Shown here piece after piece: positions 21,901 through 30,900 of a DNA stretch of 64,000 nt (the stretch's first letter is position 1; each line of letters begins with the position of its first letter). A program made the position numbers and the translations under genes. Source of the stretch: an uncultured Holophagales bacterium (GTDB lineage Bacteria > Acidobacteriota > Thermoanaerobaculia > Multivoradales > UBA5704); assembly GCA_963842525.1 (NCBI GenBank), contig CAWJGT010000020.1, positions 1-64,000 on the forward strand, read 5' to 3'. The notes under the pieces were generated by a model. The model worked only from the letters and a program-made list of their open reading frames with translations, searched no databases and was not told the DNA's origin.

Positions 21901-22862
21901 GATCTCTCCTTTCCACCTTCCACACAGACCCTGTGGGAAGGCGCCGCCGACCTGAAGGCCTTTAGCCTCGCTCCCGGAGCGCGCTGGCTGTTCCTCGCAC
22001 TCCCCGGAGAGCAGGCCATGCTCTGGGACCTGAAGTCTCTCCAGAGCCGTCGCTTGTCGCTCTCCGGACTCCAGAGCCCTGTCCTCGTCGGGCCGGGAGG
22101 CGACTGGCTCGCCTCCTGGAGCAGAACAGAGAAGGGGGAGGTGGCTTACCTGTGGGACCTTTCCGCGGGCGAGGAGCCTGCGCAGATCGGCCTGCGGGAG
22201 CACCGGGGCGTCTTCCGTGCCGCCTTCAGCCCAGGCGGACGGTGGCTCGCCACGGCGGCGGGAGGCGGCGAGCTACGCCTATGGGACCTGCCGGCGGTCC
22301 GCAACCGCGCCCGGGGTGCCCCGGCCGAGCCCGCCCGCACCTACCGGCACGACGGCGACATTCTGGCCCTGGCCTTCAGCCCGGACGACCGTTGGCTGGC
22401 CGCCGCGAGCCGGGACCAGAGCGTGAGCGTGTGGGACCTGTCCTTCTCGACGGAAGGGAGCCTTCGTTCCGTGGCTCCCCGGCCGCGGCTCCTCTACGAG
22501 CCGAACGGCGCGGTCACCGCCCTCGCCGTCAGCCGGGACGGCTGGCTTGCGACCGGCAGCGGCGGAGGGGTCGTCGGGCTCTTGCGCCTCTCCTCGTCCG
22601 GCCCCTCGAGAGGGCGATCCGGTGGGAGACGAACGAAAGCCGCATCCAGGATCTCGTCTTCAGCTCCGGATCCGGCCTGCAGAGCCGTTGGCTGGTCGCC
22701 GTCAGCTCGACCGAGGTCTTCCGTTGCAACCTGCGGCTCGACGAGCTGCTGGACCTGGCCTGCCGGATGGCGGGCCGCAACCTCACGCGGGACGAGTGGG
22801 CGCAGTTCCTGCCCGGCGAAGAGTACCGGAAGACCTGCCCGGTTCCTTCGATGCGACGCTGA
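18972..22862 (+). CDS. nSTAND1 NTPase - TM - WD40 repeat protein (frameshifts near 21780-21830 and 22610)
   Basis: PYVGPRSF..FFGRDRE, SQSGAGKTSLL (Walker A), LVFDQFEEVF (Walker B), YELTHD; TM near 20385-20455; many WD40 repeats; typical tail ACRMAGRNLTRDEW..LPGEEYRKTCP. Confidence 0.85.
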
Positions 22863-23033
22863 TCCCCTGGGACGGCAAACGGACCGGGTTGACTCCCGCT
22901 TCGTTCCTGCGCACTCCTGGGGCGATTCTGCTCATGCGTCCCCGAATGGGGGGCTGGCGGCACTGTTGGGAGTGGTGCGGACGGCTCTCGTTGGCCCAGA
23001 ATGGGTCGAGAGCCGAGCCCCAGGAGGGATCGC

Positions 23034-23336
23034 ATGGTTTGCCCTGTGTGTGGGTTGGAGTCGGTGGAGGGGATTTGCGGTTGCTTCGAGTCGGATCCGG
23101 CGCTGGCCGATGAGGCCGGGGCCGGAGCAGAGGATGGCATCTTCCTGCCCCTTGTCGCGAGCGGGGACGTGGTTTTCTTCTCCAAGGTGACGTCGCGCCT
23201 GGAGGCGATGGGGATCGCGTGGTTCGTGCAGGAAGAAGAGTCGGTGGCGGTGATCTACGCCGCGGCGGAACGGCTGGACGAGGCGCAGGCGGTGGTCCAG
23301 GACCTCAGCCTCGTCGGAGCGGGCGCCAGCTCCTAG
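23034..23336 (+). CDS. Small protein with N-terminal CxxC Zn-knuckle and DUF2007-like domain
   Basis: AGGAGG RBS at 23022; MVCPVCG; SRLEAMGIAWFVQ...IY...ERLDEAQAVV. Confidence 0.6.
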   Translation: MVCPVCGLESVEGICGCFESDPALADEAGAGAEDGIFLPLVASGDVVFFSKVTSRLEAMGIAWFVQEEESVAVIYAAAERLDEAQAVVQDLSLVGAGASS

Positions 23337-23357
23337 GCCAATCCGCCGGAACGCCGG

Positions 23358-24554
23358 TCAGGAGCCGCCTTCCCGCGGCTCTCCGGCGGACTTTTCTGGA
23401 GTCGGATCGATCGCGGGCTCGTGGGCTTCCCGGGATGGGGAGGGCTCGGGGCGCCGCGGTGGTCGAGGTATGCCGGGCGGAGCCTCGGCCTCGCGCCTCA
23501 CCTCGCGCAGGTCCATCTTCGCGATCTTCTCCGGCTGCTTCTTGAGCTCCTTGGCCAAGCGGATGCCCAGGTCGCGCTGGAGGCGGCGCCGGTCGGCCTC
23601 GCCGGGAATCCTGGACAGGTCGACCCATCCGCCCGCGGTCCGGCCGTGGCCGCCTCCCTTGCCGCGTCGGCGCAACAGGCGGTGCATGAGCGCGCCCGCG
23701 TCGGCTCGGGTGTTGGTCGTCCGGATCGACAGGTACAGCCGGTCGCCGTAGAGCCCGGTGCAGAGCGACCAGGTCTTGCCCTCCATCCGCAGCAGCAGGT
23801 CGGCGATCTCGGGCACGATGTCCGGCTGCTCGACCGTGCCGAGATGGCTGAGGACCAGGGTGTCGACCGACTCCAGGTTCTCCAGGGCGTCGTGGAGGTT
23901 GCGGAAATAGGTGAGGGGCAGGCGCGGGCTCTGGATGCGGGCGAGGAGGCGGTGGTTGGCGAGCGGGAAGAAGTGGTCGTAGATCGCCTTGTCCGGTCCG
24001 GTGTACTCGCGCGCGAAGTCCTGCGTCTCCGAGCGGATCGCGTAGATCAGAGCTGTGGCTTCGGCGTAGGTGGGGCGGACGCCCGCGGCCAGCATGTATT
24101 CGCCCAGGATGGTGGCCGTGGCGCCGTAGCGCGGCCGGATGTCGTAGAACGATGCGCTCTGCGTGTTCGGCCGCACCGGGTGATGGTCGATCACGATGTC
24201 CGGGATCAGCCGCGACGGGAGCTGGTTGTTGCCGGTCCTGTGCTGTGTGTCGACCAGGGCGAAGTGCTGGTACCGCTTCAGGCTGAGGTTGCGGATGTGG
24301 CTGAGCCGCAGCCGCAGGCTCTTGACCATCTCGCGGTTCTCGGCGCGGCCGATGATGCCGCCGTAGGCCGTGGTGACCTTCTGCTTGAGGGCGGTGCGCA
24401 GCACGCGGGTCAGGATCGCGGCCGCGGCCAGCGCGTCCGGGTCCGGGTTGTCGTGCGTCAGGACGAGCCAGCGACCGCCCTGGCCGTCCTGTTGCACCAG
24501 CTCCCTGAGCCGCGCGAAAGAGTCGCGGGTGGTATCCGTGATCGTCGTGATCAT
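23358..24554 (-). CDS. DHH/DHHA1 family phosphoesterase (NrnA-like)
   Basis: THDNPDPDA, LVDT, VIDHHP, GGGHGRTAGG motifs; true start ATG at 24554 with TACAAT 10 nt upstream. Confidence 0.88.
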   Translation of the reverse strand: MITTITDTTRDSFARLRELVQQDGQGGRWLVLTHDNPDPDALAAAAILTRVLRTALKQKVTTAYGGIIGRAENREMVKSLRLRLSHIRNLSLKRYQHFALVDTQHRTGNNQLPSRLIPDIVIDHHPVRPNTQSASFYDIRPRYGATATILGEYMLAAGVRPTYAEATALIYAIRSETQDFAREYTGPDKAIYDHFFPLANHRLLARIQSPRLPLTYFRNLHDALENLESVDTLVLSHLGTVEQPDIVPEIADLLLRMEGKTWSLCTGLYGDRLYLSIRTTNTRADAGALMHRLLRRRGKGGGHGRTAGGWVDLSRIPGEADRRRLQRDLGIRLAKELKKQPEKIAKMDLREVRREAEAPPGIPRPPRRPEPSPSREAHEPAIDPTPEKSAGEPREGGS

Positions 24555-24614
24555 GGGGTTGCCGATTGTATCTCGGGGCCATGCTAGGATTGCGCCGCCT
24601 TCGGGCACCCTCTC

Positions 24615-25430
24615 ATGATCCAGGAGCTCTTCCGCATCGGTTCGTTCTCGATCAGCCCCTTCGGGGTGATGCTGGTCTTCGCCTTCCTCGGCAGCTATCT
24701 CCAGCTCCGGTGGGGGATGCGCCGCCTGGGGATCGGCGACGAGGAGGACGCGAGCGCGCTCGTCTTCGCCGCCGGCGTCGGCGGGATCGTCGGCGCCAAG
24801 GTCTATTACGCCATCCTCAATGCGGACTGGCGCCTCCTCTTCGACCGCTCGGGTCTCGTCTGGTACGGCGGCTTCATCCTCGGCGCGATCGCCGTGCTGG
24901 TCACGCTGCGCCTCCGCCGGCTGCCCGCCTGGCCCATGATGGACGCCGCGACGCCGGCCCTGGCCCTCGGCTATGCCATCGGCCGCCTCGGCTGCTTCCT
25001 GGTGGGCGACGACTACGGCCGGCCGACCGACCTCCCCTGGGGCGTCGCCTTCCCCGTCGGCCTGCCGCCGACCACCGCGGGGGAGATGCGGCAGATGTTC
25101 GGGCTCGACATCCCTCCATCGGTGCCCGACGACGCGCTGCTGCGCGTCCATCCGACGCAGCTCTATGAGACGTTTGGGTGCCTCGTCATCTTGGGCATCG
25201 GCCTGTGGCTCTTCCGGAAGAAGCTGCGCCCCGGCATGGTGAGCCTCATCGTCATCGCGCTGCTCGCCGTCGAGCGCTTCCTCGTCGAGATCCTGCGCGC
25301 CAAGGACGACCGGTTCTTCGGCCCCTTCACCCTGGCGCAGGTCATCAGCCTCGCGGTTCTGCTGATCGTGGCTACCCTGGCATGGCTGCTCGCACGCCGG
25401 GCCGCTCAGCCTGCACCGAGGACGGCCTGA
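24615..25430 (+). CDS. lgt: Prolipoprotein diacylglyceryl transferase
   Basis: GLVWYGG, AIGRLGCFLVGDDYG, LPWGV.FP, HPTQLYE, ERFLVEILR motifs. Confidence 0.92.
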   Translation: MIQELFRIGSFSISPFGVMLVFAFLGSYLQLRWGMRRLGIGDEEDASALVFAAGVGGIVGAKVYYAILNADWRLLFDRSGLVWYGGFILGAIAVLVTLRLRRLPAWPMMDAATPALALGYAIGRLGCFLVGDDYGRPTDLPWGVAFPVGLPPTTAGEMRQMFGLDIPPSVPDDALLRVHPTQLYETFGCLVILGIGLWLFRKKLRPGMVSLIVIALLAVERFLVEILRAKDDRFFGPFTLAQVISLAVLLIVATLAWLLARRAAQPAPRTA

Positions 25431-25443
25431 CGCCCGCACGGCC

Positions 25444-26289
25444 GTGACACCTAAGCTGCAGACCTCGCCCCGGACTCCGCCCAGGCTCCTCACCATCGCC
25501 GGCTCCGACTCGGGCGGCGGCGCCGGCATCCAGGCCGACCTCAAGACCTTCGCCGCCCACGGCGCCTACGGGATGAGCGCCATCACCGCGCTGACTGCCC
25601 AGAACACCCGCGAGGTGCGGGCGGTCCACGAGGCGCCGGCGGATTTCGTGGCGGCCCAGATCGACGCGGTCTTCGACGACATCGGCGTCGACGCCGTCAA
25701 GATCGGCATGCTGGCGAGCGCGCCGATCGTCCGCGCCGTGGCCGACCGGCTGCGGGTCCACACCCGGGGCGCCCGGGGCGCTTGGAGGATGCCGATCGTG
25801 CTCGACCCGGTGATGATCGCCAAGAGCGGCGATCCGTTGCTCCGCGACGACGCTGTCGAGGCGCTGGCCGGCGATTTGCTTCCTCTCTGCACCCTGGTCA
25901 CGCCGAACCTCCCGGAGCTCGCGCGGCTCACCGGGCTGCCGGCGGGGACCGAGGACGAGCGGCGCCGGGCCGCGGAGGCGCTGGCCGGGCGGGGACCGGC
26001 GGTGCTCGCCAAGGGGGGACACGCGGAAGGGCCCGAGGTGGTGGACCTCCTGTTCCACAACGGACATTGGCATCGTTTCGCCCACCCGCGCATCGCGAGC
26101 CGGGCCACGCACGGCTCCGGCTGCACCCTGTCGTCGGCGATCGCCGTGCGGCTGGCCCGGGGCGACGAGATGGCGCGGGCGGTGGAAGGGGCGATCGGGT
26201 ATTTGCAGGCCGCGATGAAGGCCGCCTATCCCCTGGGCGGCGGGCACGGCCCGGTCGATCATCTCTACGAGTGGAGGAGGGAGACGTGA
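25444..26289 (+). CDS. thiD: Hydroxymethylpyrimidine/phosphomethylpyrimidine kinase
   Basis: TIAGSDSGGGAGIQADLKT, VKIGML, DPVM, TPNLPE, KGGH, THGSGCTLSS motifs. Confidence 0.95.
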   Translation: MTPKLQTSPRTPPRLLTIAGSDSGGGAGIQADLKTFAAHGAYGMSAITALTAQNTREVRAVHEAPADFVAAQIDAVFDDIGVDAVKIGMLASAPIVRAVADRLRVHTRGARGAWRMPIVLDPVMIAKSGDPLLRDDAVEALAGDLLPLCTLVTPNLPELARLTGLPAGTEDERRRAAEALAGRGPAVLAKGGHAEGPEVVDLLFHNGHWHRFAHPRIASRATHGSGCTLSSAIAVRLARGDEMARAVEGAIGYLQAAMKAAYPLGGGHGPVDHLYEWRRET

Positions 26290-27269
26290 GCGAAGTCTTG
26301 GATCTTCTCGTGGTGGGGGCCGGGCCCACCGGTATCGCGATCGGAGCGGAAGCGCGGCGGGCCGGCCTCTCGACGCTCCTCGTGGACCAGGGGCCGCTGG
26401 TGTCGAGCATCCAGGGGTACCCCACCTTCATGGAGTTCTTCACCACCCGCGACCGGCTGGAGATTGCCGACCTCCCGTTCACGATCGCGGAGGACAAGCC
26501 GACCCGGCGGCAGGCGATCGCCTACTACCGCATGGTGGTGGACCGCTACCAGGTGCCGCTGGCCCTCTACGAAGAGGTCCGCGAGGTCCGCAAGGAGGGC
26601 GAGGAATTCGCCGTGACCACGGCGAAGCGGACGCTGCGGGCGCGGGCGGTGGCGATCGCCACCGGCTATTTCGACAACCCCATGCGGCTCGGCGTCCCGG
26701 GCGAGGACCTCCCCTGGGTCCACTGCCGCTACAAAGAGCCATACCCATACTATGGCCTCGACGTGGTGATCGTCGGCGCCGGCAACACGGCGGCCGAGGC
26801 GGCTGTCGACCTGTGGCGCAACGGCACGCGGGTGACGATGGTGCACCGCGGCCCCCACCTGAAGCCTGGGGTCAAGTACTGGCTCAAGCCGGACGTCGAG
26901 AACCGCATCGAAGAGGGCTCGATCAAGGCCCGGTTCCACTCCCTGGTGCGCGCCTTCCGCGACGGCGAGGGGGTGGAGATCCAGACGGCGGAAGGGTCCG
27001 AGATCCTGCCGGCCCAGGCCGCCTTCGTGCTGATCGGCTACCGGCCGGACGCGGACTTCGAACGGCGTTGCGGCATCGAAGTCGATCCCCGGACGCTGAT
27101 CCCCACCTTCGACCCGGACACCTGCGAGTCGAACGTCCCGGGCCTCTACGTCGCCGGAACCCTCCAGGCCGGAGCCGCCACCGACCGCATCTTCATCGAG
27201 AATTCCCGGGACCACGGCCCGAAGATCGTCCAGCACCTGGTGGAGCGGCTCCTGAAAAGACCCTCGTAG
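26286..27269 (+). CDS. ypdA: YpdA-family putative bacillithiol disulfide reductase
   Basis: GTG start overlapping the thiD stop; VVGAGPTG, YPTFMEFFTT, ATGYFDNP, KYWLKPDVENRI, IFIENSRDHG motifs. Confidence 0.88.
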   Translation: MSEVLDLLVVGAGPTGIAIGAEARRAGLSTLLVDQGPLVSSIQGYPTFMEFFTTRDRLEIADLPFTIAEDKPTRRQAIAYYRMVVDRYQVPLALYEEVREVRKEGEEFAVTTAKRTLRARAVAIATGYFDNPMRLGVPGEDLPWVHCRYKEPYPYYGLDVVIVGAGNTAAEAAVDLWRNGTRVTMVHRGPHLKPGVKYWLKPDVENRIEEGSIKARFHSLVRAFRDGEGVEIQTAEGSEILPAQAAFVLIGYRPDADFERRCGIEVDPRTLIPTFDPDTCESNVPGLYVAGTLQAGAATDRIFIENSRDHGPKIVQHLVERLLKRPS

Positions 27270-27323
27270 GTCCAGTCCATCGAGGAGATGGGGCTGAACG
27301 ACCCCGTGCGGCTCGCGCATGAG

Positions 27324-27813
27324 CCACGGGACCCTGGACGCTCCCTGCGGTGGCTCACGGTGGTCCCGCGGCGCCGGCAGGTTTCACCACGGGACCAGGG
27401 ACGTTCCCTGCGGTGGCTCCCAGTGGTCCCGCGGCACCGGCAGGTCTCACCGCGGGACCATAGACGTTCCCTGCGGTGGCTCACGGTGGTCCCGCGGCAC
27501 CGGCAGGGTTCACCACGGGACCATGGACGCTCCCTGCGGTGGCTCCCAGTGGTCCCGCGGCACCGGCAGGTTTCACCACGGGACCAGGGACGCTCCCTGC
27601 GGTGGCTCCCAGTGGTCCCGCGGCACCGGCAGGGTTCACTACGGGACCATGGACGCTCCCTGCGGTGGCTCCCAGTGGTCCCGCGGCACCGGCAGGGTTC
27701 ACCACGGGACCCTGGACGCTCCCTGCGGTGGCTCCCAGTGGTCCCGCGGCACCGGCAGGAGCCACCACGGGACCATGGACGCTCACTGCGGTGACTCGCA
27801 ATGGTCCCGCGGC
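27324..27813. repeat. Tandem array of ~7.8 copies of a 63-bp unit (3 x 21-bp subunits) with internal inverted repeats
   Basis: Units start at 27324, 27387, 27450, 27513, 27576, 27639, 27702 and 27765; consensus CCACGGGACCATGGACGCTCCCTGCGGTGGCTCCCAGTGGTCCCGCGGCACCGGCAGGGTTCA. Confidence 0.95.
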
Positions 27814-27907
27814 GTGCAGCCTCTCTGTGGCCGCGTTGAAGAGCCGAAATTGAGACACTTATTCTGTGCCGAGCGCCGACCAACCGCTTAAGTAACCAGC
27901 CCAAGCC

Positions 27908-30900
27908 GTGACCGACCCCTCCCGCTCCGACCTCCCCGAAGGCATCGCCCTCATCGGCATGGCCGGCCGCTTCCCTGGCGCACCGGACCTCCACCAATTC
28001 TGGCGCAACCTGCGGGACGGCATCGAGTCGATCTCCTTCCTCTCCCGCGAGGTGCTTCTGGCCGCCGGGGTGGAGCCGGCTCTGCTGGACGACCCTCGGT
28101 TCGTGCCGGCCGGTGGAGTGCTGCCCGGGATCGATCTGTTCGACGCGGCGTTCTTTGGCTTCGGCCCTCGGGAGGCCGAGATCATGGACCCGCAGCAGCG
28201 GGTCTTCCTGGAGTGTGCTTGGGAGGCCCTGGAGTCGGCGGGGTACGACAGCGAGCGCTATCGCGGCTCGATCGGCATCTTCGGCGGGATGGGGATGAGC
28301 ACCTATCTGCTGCGGAACCTCATCTCTCATCCGGATGTGCTGGCGGCGGCCGGGCCGCTTCAGATGCGGATCTTCAACGACAAGGACTTCCTGGTGTCGT
28401 TGGCGGCCTTCAAGATGGGCCTGACCGGGCCGAGCATCAGTGTGCAGACGGCTTGCTCGACGTCGCTGGTGGCCGCCTGTCTGGGCTGCCAGGCCCTTCT
28501 CACCTTCCAGTGCGACATGGTTTTGGCCGGCGGCGTGACGATCGCTCTGCCGCAGGGGGGCCAACTGCCGATGGAGGGGGTCTCTTCGCCGGATGGCCGT
28601 TGCCGGGCGTTCGATGCCAGCGCTCAGGGGACGGTGCCGGGGAGCGGGGCCGGCGTGGTGGTGCTCAAGCGGCTGGCGGATGCGATCGAGGACGGCGACA
28701 CGATCCGCGCGGTGATCAAGGGCTTTGCCACGAACAACGACGGGGCCTTGAAGCTGGGCTACACGGCGCCGGGGGTGGAGGGGCAGATCGAGGTGATCGC
28801 CATGGCCCAGGCGGTCGCGGGCATCCGGGGCGATTCGATTACCTATGTCGAAGCGCATGGGACGGGGACGCCGCTGGGAGATCCGATCGAGGTGGAGGCG
28901 CTGACCGAGGTGTTCCGGTCGGCCACGGACCGGACGGGCTACTGCGGTCTGGGGTCGGTCAAGACCAATATCGGACACCTGGACACCGCCGCGGGTGTGG
29001 CGAGCCTGATCAAGACGGTGCTGGCGATGGAGCACGGGGTGATCCCGCCAAGCCTGGGCTTCGAGCAGCCGAATCCGCAGATCGATTTCGCCAGCACACC
29101 GTTCTATGTGCCCACCGAGGCGCGGGAGTGGCGGACGGACGGTTTCCCTCGACGCGCAGGGGTGAGCTCGTTTGCCATCGGCGGCGTCAACGCTCACCTG
29201 GTGCTGGAGGAGGCGCCGGCGCTGGCGCCCTCCGATCCTGCGCCCCCCTGGCTGCTTCTGGTGCTGTCGGCGCGGACGGAGACGGCTGTGGAGAGGGCGA
29301 CGGAGAATCTTGTCCGGCTCCTTCGCGAGCAACCTGCGGGCGGGACGCCCGCGGTCCCAGGGGTGGCGGATGTGGCCTATACGCTTCAAGTGGGCCGGAG
29401 GGCGTTCGCCCAACGTCGGGCTGTGGTCTGCCGGAACCGGGAGGAGGCGATCGCGGCCCTGGAAGCGCGGCGCTTTCTCGACGGAGCGGAGGAGCCCCGC
29501 AAAGAGACAATCGATCCGGCGCCCTTGCTGGAGATGCGGGATCCCCGCGAGGAGCTGACCGCCCTGGGCCGGGCCTGGCTCGCCGGAGCCCGTGTGGAGT
29601 GGTCCTCCCTCTGGGCCGGACAGAACCGTCGCCGAGTCCCGCTGCCCACCTATCCTTTCGAAAGACAGAGATATTGGATCGAGCCGGCCCTCCTCGCCCA
29701 GGGTTCACACCCTGGGCTACCGAATGACGCCCTCCGGGCTGGAGATACCCAGGATTCGAGAGCCCGGAGGGCGGACTGGGTAGCCCAGGGTGTGAACCCT
29801 GGGCGCGGGCGGCGGCCCGCCCCCGCCCGCGCCTCCCGAACGCCCATGTCGAGCCGCGCGACGACCGCGAGCGCGCAGTCGCCGAGGCCATGCGGGACCT
29901 GCTGGGGCTCGACCGGGTCGGCCTCTACGACAGCTTCTTCGATCTGGGCGGCGACTCGCTCATGGCGACCCGGCTGATCTCCAGGCTGAACGAGAGCTTC
30001 GGGTCCGATCTCACCTTGAAGGCGGTTTTCGAGGGACCTGCCGCGGCCGACCTGGCGCTGCGGATCGTGCCGGCGTGTCCTGTTGTCAACCAGGGAATCG
30101 GACGGCTGCCGCGGGATGGACGGCCGATCCCGCTGTCCTTCGCCCAGCAGCGGCTCTGGCTGATCGACCAACTCGCACCGGGGCATCCCGCCTACAACAT
30201 TCCGGCCGCTGTGCGCCTGACGGGCCGTCTCGATCGGGCGGTGCTGGCGGCGAGCCTCACCGCGGTGGTGGCGCGGCATGAAGCATTGCGCACCACGTTT
30301 CCGACGGTCGACGGCCGGCCGCTCCAGCGTATCCATGAGATTGTCGAGGGTCCGCCGTTCGACCTGCCGCTGGTCGATCTCGCAGCATTGCCGGACCCGG
30401 GGCCAGAAGTTCGCTGCCTGGGGGAGGAGATCCTGGTGCGCCCGTTCGATCTGGTCCGCGGTCCGCTGGTGCATGGCATCCTGCTGCGCCTTGGCACGGA
30501 GGACCACGCGGCGCTCATGGTGATGCACCACATCGTCTGCGATGCCTGGTCGATCGGCGTACTGATCGACGAGCTGGCGGCGCTCTATCCCGAGTTGGCC
30601 GCAAGGCGGCCGTCGCCTTTGCCGCCGCTGCCGGTGCAGTATGCGGACTTCACGGTCTGGCAGCGGGAGCAGCTCACCGGTGCAACGCTCGAAGCTCAGC
30701 TCGGCTACTGGCACGAGCGGCTGGCGGACGCTCCGCCCCTCCTGGAGCTTCCGGTCGACCGGCCACGGCCGGCGCTGCCGAGCGGGCGTGGGTTCGTGCG
30801 CCAGGAGGTCTTCCCGGCACGGCTCGCGGCAGATCTGGGGACCCTTGCGCGGCGCGAGGGAGCGACGCTGTTCATGGTCCTTCTCGCCGCGTTCGCGGCC

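Noticed and set aside
24555-25544. N-terminal extensions in the ORF track (DHH to 25544, thpR from 3208, plsY from 3414, HEPN from 7493, ypdA from 25782)
   Set aside because: They overlap real neighbouring genes; the true starts are at family-typical N-termini, mostly with ATGA/GTGA overlaps.
27324-27813. CRISPR array
   Set aside because: Units are contiguous and near-identical along their whole length; no unique spacers and no cas genes.
27288-27891. Repeat-protein ORFs across the 63-bp array
   Set aside because: Several frames on both strands are open simply because the unit is a stop-free multiple of 3; no RBS or frame preference supports one. Not fully excluded.
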